The notes below the pieces were generated by a model, which made no database searches, was not told where the DNA came from, and saw nothing but the letters and a program-made list of their open reading frames with translations. 64,000 bases of DNA. Source: an uncultured Candidatus Saccharibacteria bacterium (GTDB taxonomy: Bacteria; Patescibacteriota; Saccharimonadia; CAZBQI01). Positions 29,985 through 39,533 of the stretch are shown here, piece after piece. The first letter of the stretch is position 1. Each line of letters begins with the position of its first letter. The DNA lies in NCBI GenBank assembly GCA_964494105.1, contig CAZBQI010000005.1:10646-74645 (forward strand). The letters are read 5' to 3'. Both the position numbers and the translations under genes were made by a program.

Positions 29985-31100
29985 TCAGCTGTGACTAGAT
30001 TCAAGTCGAAGTAAATGTCGAATTATTTCGGCCTCGGTTGGGGCATTAGCAACCCCATGACCATGCGTAGCTCCTGGGAGTAGGTGGGGTACAACGAGCC
30101 CATTGCCGTTAACGCACGGCATAGCATTAATTTCGTCGAATAATATTAGATCTGCCTTCGTATCACTCACTGCACTTGCAGTAGGGATGTTTGCATGTAT
30201 GGTTAGTCCGGACGTATTTTTTTGAGTGTTAATAATGTCCTGCTTAAGCGTGGCTTTGCGCATAGCAGATACTTGAGCCACCCACTGATGGTAGAGCTGT
30301 CGGCGTGCAACTTGGAGTCCTATCGCTTTCACAATAACGCTAGGCTTTAGTCCGTCTTTCTGTAATTGAACAGCGATTTCATCAGAACTTTCTGCCAGCA
30401 CGGGCTCGGTATACTTACCCTCAAGCCCCATGAATCTACCAAACCCAAACTCAAAAAGTGGGTACTCTATGGCCCCAAGCGGATCATCTAAGACCAGTTC
30501 TGCATGTCCAGCTAGCTGTGAATTCATAAAATAGCCAAGTAAGCTTCTCGTGCCCATGGATGCGCCTACACCATAATCGAACTGCTTACCTTTGCTATCT
30601 AATATCTCTGCAACTTCACGTCCAACAGCTCCAAGACTACCTGTCCTGCGCAATTGTGAACTTGCTGCCATAGATGGCTTACTAGAACGACCAGTTCCCA
30701 GCGTTTGCACCGCTAAAATTTCTACCTCTGGCAGACGGGTAGCAATAATGCCTATTTGATGCTGAAAAGCTGGCCCGTCTATTTCCACGCTCCATGCCGG
30801 CAACCAAAGCATACTTTTACTAGCACCTTTATTGAGTGTCTGTGTTGCTAGCTTCTGGCCAGATGGACCCTCAAGTACATCTACGCCGTTTTCAAGTTCG
30901 GCTTTTACACTTGTCGCCACATCGACTGTTGTTGGAGGGAAAAGCAACGTGTCTGGGTAGGCACGACCTTGTGCGAATAGCTCAGCAGAATAATCCAGCA
31001 TTAGCTGCCCAGCCTGAAACCCATCGTAATAATTAAACTCACCCACAACAGGAGTAGCGCTATCAGCACCTGCAATTGGCTCTATCTCAACTTGTTTCAT
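29985..31100 (-). CDS. Orphan alpha/beta-hydrolase-like protein
   Basis: GTGRS, nucleophile elbow GASMG, C-terminal PGATHG. Confidence 0.6.
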   Translation of the reverse strand: MKQVEIEPIAGADSATPVVGEFNYYDGFQAGQLMLDYSAELFAQGRAYPDTLLFPPTTVDVATSVKAELENGVDVLEGPSGQKLATQTLNKGASKSMLWLPAWSVEIDGPAFQHQIGIIATRLPEVEILAVQTLGTGRSSKPSMAASSQLRRTGSLGAVGREVAEILDSKGKQFDYGVGASMGTRSLLGYFMNSQLAGHAELVLDDPLGAIEYPLFEFGFGRFMGLEGKYTEPVLAESSDEIAVQLQKDGLKPSVIVKAIGLQVARRQLYHQWVAQVSAMRKATLKQDIINTQKNTSGLTIHANIPTASAVSDTKADLILFDEINAMPCVNGNGLVVPHLLPGATHGHGVANAPTEAEIIRHLLRLESSHS

Positions 31101-31161
31101 TTGTGCATATCATACCATGTTTTTATTTATTACGCAACCATTTGTGGTATAATCAGAACTA

Positions 31162-32178
31162 GTGAAAAAGTTATTAATAAAATGGCGCCCAAGTCGTAAT
31201 CAGCTCATAACTCTTGGAGTAATCGCATCGATATTTATAATTATAAGTATCATACAGTTTTGGCCGCTAAAAAACTCCCCGAACTATGGCATTAGCTTTT
31301 CAAGTAAATATGCGCGTGAACTAAATATCGACCCACAGAAAGCATTTACGGAAATCTTGAGCGAACTCAATGTAAAACTCGTGAGACTAATGAGCTACTG
31401 GGATGAACACGAAAGGGAACAGGGCAAATATGATTTTAGCGAACTTGACTGGCAGCTCAAAGAAGCCTCCAAGCTAGGGGCCAAAGTAAGCTTAGGTATC
31501 GGATTGCGCCAACCTCGTTGGCCGGAGTGCCACGAGCCAGAGTGGACAAAAAGCTTAAATCAAGTAGAGCGAAACATCGCCCTACAAAAATACATAGATG
31601 CAGTGGTGATTAGATATCGAAGCCACCCGGCACTAGAATCATGGCAGTTAGAAAATGAGGCATTGAATACCGCCTTTGGCAAATGCACCGATCACGATAG
31701 GGGACGCATACAGAGCGAGTACAATCGTGTGAAACAACTCGACCCTGCTCATCCAATAATCATGAGCCTGAGTGACCAGCACGGCTTGCCAGTAGGCCAG
31801 CCCGTGCCAGATACCTATGGCATATCTATTTACCGCGTTTTCTACAATAAGCTTATCTACCGCGGCTATATAACCTACCCGACGCCCATTTGGTATCACC
31901 GCCTGCGCAAATTTGCGATTGAAAAAATTCACCACAAGCCGGTTATTATTCACGAACTGCAGCTAGAACCGTGGGGGCCATACTCAATTCCAGAAATGAG
32001 CGCGCAAGAACAAAACAAATCAATGAGTACCAAGCAGATGCAAAAAAACATTAACTTTGCCAGAAAGATTGGTACTCGCGAGACATACCTCTGGGGTTCG
32101 GAGTGGTGGTACTGGCGAAAACATGTACTTAAGGACATAACGCCGTGGGATACTGTAGAAAGAGAGGTAAATAAATGA
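31162..32178 (+). CDS. Membrane-anchored clan GH-A glycoside hydrolase
   Basis: N-terminal TM; YDFSELDW, WQLENE (acid/base), ELQLEPW (nucleophile), LWGSEWW. Confidence 0.78.
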   Translation: MKKLLIKWRPSRNQLITLGVIASIFIIISIIQFWPLKNSPNYGISFSSKYARELNIDPQKAFTEILSELNVKLVRLMSYWDEHEREQGKYDFSELDWQLKEASKLGAKVSLGIGLRQPRWPECHEPEWTKSLNQVERNIALQKYIDAVVIRYRSHPALESWQLENEALNTAFGKCTDHDRGRIQSEYNRVKQLDPAHPIIMSLSDQHGLPVGQPVPDTYGISIYRVFYNKLIYRGYITYPTPIWYHRLRKFAIEKIHHKPVIIHELQLEPWGPYSIPEMSAQEQNKSMSTKQMQKNINFARKIGTRETYLWGSEWWYWRKHVLKDITPWDTVEREVNK

Positions 32179-32666
32179 AAGTAGTGCCTGTTGTAGATCG
32201 CGAAGATAGGGTTATCGGTGTTAAGGATTATCCTGAGCTTACTGATAATGACATCTGGAGAGCGAGCATTCTTTGGGTAATAAACTCAAATAATCAAATT
32301 CTTTTAGCGCAGCGCAAACTAAATAAAGTTATTGAACCAGGCAGATGGGGAGAGTCAGTAGCAGGAACGGTTGAAGTAAATGAAACTTATGAATCAAATA
32401 TCTACAAAGAAGCAGAAGAGGAGATTGGGCTTAAGGGATACAAATTTAAGCGAATTTCTAAAGTTTTTGCAGAAAAAGCCGGCATGGGAAAACGATTCTT
32501 TACAATATATAAAATAGACGTTGACTGGCCTCTTGAAAAGTTTAAACCACAAAAGAGTGAGCTTGAGGCGATTAAATGGATAGATAAGAAACATTTTATA
32601 GATGATATAAAGAAAAATCCCGGAAACTACACTACAATTTCAAAAATATCTTATAAACTTCTTTAA
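32175..32666 (+). CDS. NUDIX hydrolase (IDI-like)
   Basis: ILLAQRK...PGRW, AGTV...E, KEAEEEIG Nudix box. Confidence 0.88.
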   Translation: MKVVPVVDREDRVIGVKDYPELTDNDIWRASILWVINSNNQILLAQRKLNKVIEPGRWGESVAGTVEVNETYESNIYKEAEEEIGLKGYKFKRISKVFAEKAGMGKRFFTIYKIDVDWPLEKFKPQKSELEAIKWIDKKHFIDDIKKNPGNYTTISKISYKLL

Positions 32667-32677
32667 ATATATAATAA

Positions 32678-33751
32678 TCACCGAATCTTCAGGTCATCAA
32701 GCGCGTCGCTAAGGCGCTTTAACCTCTCCGGCGTAAGTATCCCTGCCTTATGGCAGAAAACGGTTTTCCACAGCAAAGTACGCAAGCGATAAACATCGTA
32801 ACGTTCATCAAAGTCATCTGGCAATTCTGCGACGCTTCTGTAACCTTCTAGGAGTTTCTCTATCCTAGGATAATGTGTTTTCCATGTAGGGCATGAAGCA
32901 ATGTCCAATACGGGATCTGAGGCAACTATTGCCTCCCAATCAATCAGCCCAGTAATTCTGTCTTTTTGGAACATCAAATTGTGGTCGGCGACATCATAGT
33001 GAACCAGGGAAGCGCGCGCTATATTTATAATTTCCTTGCGCTGATTATAGTATTCGATTATTGCTTCGGCTTGATCGAGACTTATATAATTTCCCTGCGC
33101 AAGCTCGCCAAGTTCAGCCTGCACATCTAGCATAATGTAGTCATAATTGGTCTTTTCAGATCCTCGTAGCTCGCCAGCTAGTGCAGCCTGATCGAAACGA
33201 CCAAACCCCGGTAAATTGGCTTGGTGCAGTTTTGCAAGCATTGTACCTAACTGAAATGACATTTTATCGTATGTAGCCTTGTCACCACTAAAATGATCTT
33301 CCAAATCGAGCCCTGGCACTGCCTTTTGGATTTGAAAGTCAAATGGTACATGCCTGCGACTAATATCTACATAAATTATTTCATTCGTAGGAACCCCATG
33401 ACGACGAGCAACATCCGTCGCCAGCTTTTCTGATACCAATACAACTTCCGGCAGCTTATTCCAGCCGGTATTGCTGCGAAAGACCAACTCCTCGGTTTGC
33501 TGCTTAGTTTTCACTAAATAAATAACATGGCCAGTGCCATAAGACTCCGGCTTTCTAATTGAGACAACGCTAAGCCCAAGCCCCGCCGGGGCCAATGCTT
33601 GCTTTACTTGGCTCAATCCGATCTTATCGTATCTATTTTTTAGCTCTTCAAGCTCTTCTAGAGTACGGCTAGAGTGAGGATAATGCTGAGAATCGAATAC
33701 GATTTTTTCGCTTTTAGATGGTAAAACTACGCTTTTTTCGGATGTAGACAT
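32678..33751 (-). CDS. Aminoglycoside phosphotransferase-family kinase
   Basis: LAKLH, LVHYDVADHNLM, GLIDWE, DP..D. Confidence 0.82.
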   Translation of the reverse strand: MSTSEKSVVLPSKSEKIVFDSQHYPHSSRTLEELEELKNRYDKIGLSQVKQALAPAGLGLSVVSIRKPESYGTGHVIYLVKTKQQTEELVFRSNTGWNKLPEVVLVSEKLATDVARRHGVPTNEIIYVDISRRHVPFDFQIQKAVPGLDLEDHFSGDKATYDKMSFQLGTMLAKLHQANLPGFGRFDQAALAGELRGSEKTNYDYIMLDVQAELGELAQGNYISLDQAEAIIEYYNQRKEIINIARASLVHYDVADHNLMFQKDRITGLIDWEAIVASDPVLDIASCPTWKTHYPRIEKLLEGYRSVAELPDDFDERYDVYRLRTLLWKTVFCHKAGILTPERLKRLSDALDDLKIR

Positions 33752-33821
33752 ATTGCCATAATTCTAGCATAAGAACATCGCACTTATCTGAATGGGAATA
33801 AATTCTGCTAAACTAAAGTCC

Positions 33822-34622
33822 ATGATTAGTATCTACTCTTGGAATGTTAATGGCATCCGCGCGGTACACAAGAAAGGCTTATTTGAGCCATTTATTGCCA
33901 AGTGTCAACCTGATATTTTGTGCCTGCAGGAGACCAAAGCCCAACGGCATCAGTCCGAAGTTGACCTGCCAGAATACACCGAGTATTGGAATTCTGCCGA
34001 AAAACCAGGCTATAGCGGTACAGCCATATTTACCAAAATTAAGCCAATTGCAGTAATTAACGGCTTACCCAAGGACATTATTAAAAAATACAAGGTTACC
34101 GGCGATACCTATGGCGACCCAAATAAAGAGGGTAGGGTAATTGCCGCGGAGTTTGATAAATTCTTTGTGCTGACAGTTTATACACCGAATGCCAAGGACG
34201 ATTTAAGCCGCGTGCCACTACGCCACAATCATTGGGACCCGGCCTTTTTGGCCTACGTTAAGCAATTAGAAAAAAATAAGCCCGTACTATTTTGCGGCGA
34301 TTTAAATGTCGCCCATACCGAGGATGATTTGGCCAGGCCAAAAGAGAATAAAGGCAAAAAAGGTTTTACCAGCGAGGAACGCGCAGGGTTTGAGAATTTT
34401 TTAAAGGCTGGTTTTATTGATACCTTCCGCATATTTACTAAAGGCAACGGCCATTACACCTGGTGGACACACTGGGCTAATGCCCGTGCTCGCAACGTTG
34501 GCTGGCGCATAGATTATTTTTTGGCTTCAAAAAGCCTGCGAAACAATATTAAAAAAGCCGATATCCATACGGATGTAATGGGTAGCGACCACTGCCCGGT
34601 AAGTATACAGATAAATGCTTAA
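33822..34622 (+). CDS. xth: Exodeoxyribonuclease III
   Basis: SWNVNGIRA, CLQETK, GDLNVAH, GWRIDY, SDHCP. Confidence 0.97.
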   Translation: MISIYSWNVNGIRAVHKKGLFEPFIAKCQPDILCLQETKAQRHQSEVDLPEYTEYWNSAEKPGYSGTAIFTKIKPIAVINGLPKDIIKKYKVTGDTYGDPNKEGRVIAAEFDKFFVLTVYTPNAKDDLSRVPLRHNHWDPAFLAYVKQLEKNKPVLFCGDLNVAHTEDDLARPKENKGKKGFTSEERAGFENFLKAGFIDTFRIFTKGNGHYTWWTHWANARARNVGWRIDYFLASKSLRNNIKKADIHTDVMGSDHCPVSIQINA

Positions 34623-35358
34623 GCCAAAACCCAAAAACACGGCACAACCACTAGCGGTATTTGATATAGACGGCACAATCTTCCGTTCGAGTCTGTATGT
34701 TGAAATCGTTCGCCAATTAATTATCGACAAGGTGCTGCCACAGCGCGCTACCCGTGAATTCGATGGCGCTTATGAAGCTTGGAAAGAACGTGTTGATGTT
34801 GATTCTTATCAAATATATTTAAACGCCGTAATAGATGCGTACGAATCGTACCTGCCAACGATAAAAGTTACCGCATTCGAAGCTGCCGCAGCCAAAGTAG
34901 TACGCGCCCAAAAAGCCCATACCTACGTATACACTCGCGATTTAATTGCTAACCTGAAGTCACAAAACTACTACCTTGCAGCTATATCGGCCTCCCAAAG
35001 CGAAGTCGTAGAGCGTTTTGCAAAGATATATGGCTTTGATGCATTTGCGGGCTCTGAATATGGTAAAACTAATAATCACTTTGACGGCACCTATAAAATT
35101 CTAACGAACGAAAACAAGACTAAATTTATGCAAGAATTACTAGCCACAAAAGATATCACCCTAGAAAAAAGCGTAGCCGTTGGAGATTCCGAAGGTGATA
35201 TTGCTATGCTGAGTACTGTAGAGCGACCAATAGCATTTAACCCGGAACGCAAACTGTTTGAACACGCAAAAAGAAACAACTGGAAGATAGTAGTGGAGCG
35301 TAAAAATGTTGTATATGAACTAAGGAAAGAAAATAATGGCTACAAGCTGGACAAGTAG
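34615..35358 (+). CDS. HAD-IB family phosphatase (SerB-like)
   Basis: FDIDGT, ISAS, K, GDSEGD. Confidence 0.88.
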   Translation: MLKPKPKNTAQPLAVFDIDGTIFRSSLYVEIVRQLIIDKVLPQRATREFDGAYEAWKERVDVDSYQIYLNAVIDAYESYLPTIKVTAFEAAAAKVVRAQKAHTYVYTRDLIANLKSQNYYLAAISASQSEVVERFAKIYGFDAFAGSEYGKTNNHFDGTYKILTNENKTKFMQELLATKDITLEKSVAVGDSEGDIAMLSTVERPIAFNPERKLFEHAKRNNWKIVVERKNVVYELRKENNGYKLDK

Positions 35359-35396
35359 ATCTACCAGCCAATTCCTTGTTCTTGAGAAAGATAATA

Positions 35397-36182
35397 ATGA
35401 GTGACTGGCTGAAGCAAACTGACGAGCCGCTCTTTCCCGATATTTTCTGGGAGGTTCCACTAAACCGAGCCCAGGCAAAGAAACTACTAATCGTTGGCGG
35501 GCATGCCAAGCAGTTTGCCGAAACGGTAGGGTTATATCAGTATGCATTGGCGGCTGGAATTGGAAGCGCAAGGGTTGTGCTACCAGATTCTTTGCGTAAA
35601 CTAATTGGTAGCCAGCCAGATTGCTTGTTTGTAGAGTCAAATCCATCTGGCTCAATATCAAAAAACGCATGCACTGAAATACTGGCATATGCTAGCGAAT
35701 GCGACGGTATAATTTTTAGCTCTGAGCTTTCACATAATACCGAGACTATCTCTCTACTAGAAACACTATTTACTGAGATAACTTACCCTATATTCTTTAG
35801 TTCAAACGTATTAGAAATGCTATCATTTCAACCCGAATTAATGCTCGGAAACGAACGAGTATTAGTAACTGACACTAAGCGTCTTACGAGGTTCGCAGAC
35901 AAAATACACCTACCAATAACCATCAAACTCCAAGATTCGATATTGAATAAAATTGACTTCATGACCAACATAACAAATACGTATCCGCTAGCGCTCATTC
36001 TGGATGAAAGTCCCTTAATCATTGCCACCGAAGGCCAAGTTTCGTCAACCGAACTTAACCAAAACACTGCTTCAAGCGGTGAGCTCATAGCAAAAATGGC
36101 TGTCTTCTACTTGCAACATACTAATCATTTCAAAGCATTAACATCAGCAGCCTACGCGCTAGCCACAGCTAAATTAAAATGA
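35397..36182 (+). CDS. Divergent YjeF C-terminal (NAD(P)HX dehydratase-like) protein
   Basis: KLLIVGG, AGIGSARV; the canonical GxGD motif is not evident. Confidence 0.6.
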   Translation: MSDWLKQTDEPLFPDIFWEVPLNRAQAKKLLIVGGHAKQFAETVGLYQYALAAGIGSARVVLPDSLRKLIGSQPDCLFVESNPSGSISKNACTEILAYASECDGIIFSSELSHNTETISLLETLFTEITYPIFFSSNVLEMLSFQPELMLGNERVLVTDTKRLTRFADKIHLPITIKLQDSILNKIDFMTNITNTYPLALILDESPLIIATEGQVSSTELNQNTASSGELIAKMAVFYLQHTNHFKALTSAAYALATAKLK

Positions 36183-36211
36183 CAGTACGACGACGCATTA
36201 CATACAGAGAT

Positions 36212-37069
36212 CTACCTTCGAGCTAGTTGCTTGCGAAAATGAGCTTTTTGCCGCTGCCTAAATGAATCTAAATAATCAACTTCTGCTTTCATGGCGCCCC
36301 CGGTAAATAGACTCGAGATTATCGCTGCTAATTCATTCCATGGCAACGCCGTAAATAAATTATCTGCAGCTGTACCAGCGTGATTAATATTTAGAACATT
36401 GGTTAAATTTGCTTCGGCAATTTCACACCGGTTCCTTCTCAGGACAGCACCTAAGTTATCGAGTTCATCTGGATTCAGAAAGTCTATCTGATAAAACGCA
36501 AAGTGTTTTTTTTGCATAGCATCTCTTACTTCTTGGTATCTATATTGATCAGTAAGGAAATGCTGCCCATCGTATGTCGAATCTTGCACTGCCATATTCC
36601 ATGACTGCATTCTAGTAGTCAAGTATTCAGTAGCCATAAAAACACCTGTTGGAGTACCAAATAAATTTGATTCAAGCCACGCAAAGAATTCTCGTTCTGC
36701 TTTCATAAAGGATCGAAGATTATCATGACGATTAACAAGCTCCACATGAACCCGCTGTGTAAAAAGCACCCATGGATCCTTATCGCAAAACATTACGACT
36801 TCATCATCTGGAAGGTGAGCCATAGCTGTTTCAAATGAGCCGTGGCCAACTATCATAGTAGCAGCATGCATACCTGTTGTAGGTTCGGGCCTCATCTGCG
36901 CTGCACGCTGATACGCCACACCAGTAAAGCCGTCATTGCTCGTTAGATAATGCAAATCCATGCTATAGCCTGGATCAAAATCTAACGGCGGGCCGGCCAT
37001 AGTAATCGCCGTCGCAATTTCGGCAGGAGATAAAACCTCTAAACTAGGAACTTCACCAGTAACGGTCAT
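36212..37069 (-). CDS. Orphan hypothetical protein (possible Rossmann/SAM-binding fold)
   Basis: 285-aa ORF; IVGHGS followed by a beta-strand ending in D (MFCDKD); fold call is weak. Confidence 0.6.
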   Translation of the reverse strand: MTVTGEVPSLEVLSPAEIATAITMAGPPLDFDPGYSMDLHYLTSNDGFTGVAYQRAAQMRPEPTTGMHAATMIVGHGSFETAMAHLPDDEVVMFCDKDPWVLFTQRVHVELVNRHDNLRSFMKAEREFFAWLESNLFGTPTGVFMATEYLTTRMQSWNMAVQDSTYDGQHFLTDQYRYQEVRDAMQKKHFAFYQIDFLNPDELDNLGAVLRRNRCEIAEANLTNVLNINHAGTAADNLFTALPWNELAAIISSLFTGGAMKAEVDYLDSFRQRQKAHFRKQLARR

Positions 37070-37101
37070 TAAGGTTTTATAACAGCTTTTCTACAGATTG
37101 T

Positions 37102-37662
37102 CTACCCAATGTATGCCGTCACCAGCACCGTTGCCCAAAACAATAGTAGGTAGATGTATTGGTAGATAAATATCTTCTCTCGACTTTTCTTCGAAATAAA
37201 AAACATACACCAAAACAGCGTCATCACCAAAAAACTGATCATGCTAAAGATTTTGGGAAACCCCGAGATAGCGGGTGAGACACTCATCCAAAGTGTAAAG
37301 ATATACATGGTCAACGCCATAGTGAACGCGGCGATGTAGTGAATGATGCTGCTCAAGCCTTTACCAGTATCCGGAACCCATGCTGCAGTTAACTGCCCGA
37401 TGCTGCCAATTGTAATTATTGCAGCCAAAACCATACTCAAGTGATAATGCGGTACAAACCAAAAGACAACAAACAACCAAAAGAAACTTTGACCAACAAC
37501 CGATGTGATTGCAAAAAGCAGATATGGCCGCTTATCGAGCGCTATATGCTTGCTTAGCGTTAGCGCATTATCAGCATGCCATTTGTGGCTAATGTACGCA
37601 GTTACCGCCACAAATATTGCTATCGAGTATAAACCAAAATATTTAAATGCTTCTACGCTCAT
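37102..37662 (-). CDS. Hypothetical membrane protein (about 6 TM)
   Basis: Hydrophobic segments; TLSKH and IH..AA motifs. Confidence 0.75.
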   Translation of the reverse strand: MSVEAFKYFGLYSIAIFVAVTAYISHKWHADNALTLSKHIALDKRPYLLFAITSVVGQSFFWLFVVFWFVPHYHLSMVLAAIITIGSIGQLTAAWVPDTGKGLSSIIHYIAAFTMALTMYIFTLWMSVSPAISGFPKIFSMISFLVMTLFWCMFFISKKSREKIFIYQYIYLLLFWATVLVTAYIG

Positions 37663-37712
37663 TGCTTGTAATCATAACAAACTAAATAAACGTATGAAGC
37701 TGAAATCAGATT

Positions 37713-37731
37713 TGGTGCCGCGGGTGGGAGT
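37713..37731 (-). repeat. 19-nt direct repeat of the tRNA-Leu 3' end (att-like)
   Basis: TGGTGCCGCGGGTGGGAGT is identical to 37875-37893. Confidence 0.92.
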
Positions 37732-37874
37732 ATAGAAATATAATCTGTATCAGTGCTCGAAACTAGGAGGTAGTTTCTGCGCGCTGATTTGATTATCGAA
37801 CCCTCGCTTTGCTGTGTGGGTTCGACCATAAAGTAATAAATCCACAATTTCACTAATGTGAACATGTGGATTTA

Positions 37875-37963
37875 TGGTGCCGCGGGTGGGAGTCGAACCC
37901 ACACTCCCGGTAAAGAGAACTGGATTTTGAGTCCAGCGCGTCTGCCAGTTCCGCCACCGCGGC
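37875..37963 (-). tRNA. tRNA-Leu(CAA)
   Basis: Anticodon arm CTGGA-CTCAAAA-TCCAG, long variable arm, GTTCGACTC, CCA end. Confidence 0.96.
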
Positions 37964-38047
37964 ATAAATACTATAGTAGTAATTTTGCAAGATTATTACT
38001 AGTAGACTATGGACTTTTTCACTTATTTATGCTATAGTTTTCTTAGT

Positions 38048-39475
38048 ATGACAGATACAAATAATGTTCCTGTAGCACCAAGGCATGGTTATGATTACGA
38101 AAATCTAGACCCTCAAAATCTCGGCAGTGGTGATCCTTTCGACTATGCAAAAGGTGGCATTACAGCGCAAAGACTACCATTAGATAATTATGTTAAAGGC
38201 AAAAAGCAAGACCCTCTGCAAATTGATACTGCATTCGGACGAAGAGCTTGGATCCCTGCGTTAGCTAGCGAAGTGCACGACGTAGTAAACGCCACCAAGC
38301 CAACTACCGCTCTAGAACAAACTACACAAACAATAAACGCACTGCGCTATGTTGAGCGAACTTGGTATGACCGAAGCGCTAGGCTAATTCAAGCAATTGA
38401 GTACGGAGATGATGAGAGAGCAGAACGGCTAGCCCGTGAACTTAATAGCTCTTTACAAGAAATCTACCCCTTACCAGACAAAAATAAAGTACTAACCTTA
38501 ATTTCTGCCGATTCAAGTCGTAATGAAATGGTAGCAGATGCATATAGTCAAGAACTTGAAAAGGGTAGCGCTCCGACAGAAGAGGCAGTCAATCTGGAGA
38601 AAAAATACGAAGCAGAACTATCTGAAATAGCTGGCGTAATTAAAGAAATGTACGGAGAAATTATCGATGAATCTGTACCCGAAGATAGCGTAGAAGTCTA
38701 CACCCCACATGAGGTAGAGGAAATCTTAAATCAGCTTATTCTTAAACTAAAAGAGGAAGACCCAACAGTTGCCTGGGGTAGAGTAGGTGTCTTCCTGGAA
38801 GACGGCGGAGTGGTATTTTCAACTAAATCGAGCGATGGGAAAGTGACAGTAAATGTACCTAGCGATAGCAATGAACTAAATGCCACCGAGCTACGAGGTA
38901 TTATTAGTCACGAATTATTGTGGCATGCGGCTCGCGCTGCCAACGGCTGGGAAGCAGGAAAGAATGATAAGCAACTGGCAGATATACTTGGCGTGGGAGC
39001 GCCATTTTATCTCAGATTTGAAGAGGCTATGGCGATTATTTGTGAGCTGGCGTTTACTGGTAAAATCGAGCAAATATTCATTGACCGCTATATAGATATC
39101 GCGATCGCAGCCGGGGTGTTAGACGATAAAATTCGAACTCGGCATGAGCTACAAGAGTTCGTATTCAAACGAGAACTCACCCGAAAAGGCTATTCGAGTG
39201 ATGAACAGTTGACTGTAGCAGAACAGAAAGAACTGCGCATTCATGTAGATCGAATTTACCGAGGCGGTGATGGTGGCGATGAGAATAAATTTGTAGTGAT
39301 TTTTCCCAAAGATGGCGAATACTTTGGCGGTGCCGAACCGTCCCTTCAGTGGTGGCAAAGTCAACGAGCAGAGGGTAAATCTGCATCCGAAATCTTTATT
39401 GCCGCTCGTAGAGGTAAAATTAACCCTATGATACCTGGCCAATCGGAGTTAGTGCCATTAGATAAAGCTTCATAG
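38048..39475 (+). CDS. DUF1704/MATCAP-like metallo-carboxypeptidase
   Basis: SHELLWHAAR (HExxxH), downstream FEEAMA, RIYRG, KD..YF.G. Confidence 0.62.
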   Translation: MTDTNNVPVAPRHGYDYENLDPQNLGSGDPFDYAKGGITAQRLPLDNYVKGKKQDPLQIDTAFGRRAWIPALASEVHDVVNATKPTTALEQTTQTINALRYVERTWYDRSARLIQAIEYGDDERAERLARELNSSLQEIYPLPDKNKVLTLISADSSRNEMVADAYSQELEKGSAPTEEAVNLEKKYEAELSEIAGVIKEMYGEIIDESVPEDSVEVYTPHEVEEILNQLILKLKEEDPTVAWGRVGVFLEDGGVVFSTKSSDGKVTVNVPSDSNELNATELRGIISHELLWHAARAANGWEAGKNDKQLADILGVGAPFYLRFEEAMAIICELAFTGKIEQIFIDRYIDIAIAAGVLDDKIRTRHELQEFVFKRELTRKGYSSDEQLTVAEQKELRIHVDRIYRGGDGGDENKFVVIFPKDGEYFGGAEPSLQWWQSQRAEGKSASEIFIAARRGKINPMIPGQSELVPLDKAS

Positions 39476-39533
39476 CTTTTATGGTTAAGTGCACCTCTGT
39501 AGGTTACAATAATTAAAGCAAGAAAAGACATAA

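Noticed and set aside
37750-37965. 71-aa and 68-aa minus-strand ORFs
   Set aside because: They overlap tRNA-Leu and/or its hairpin trailer and have no protein features
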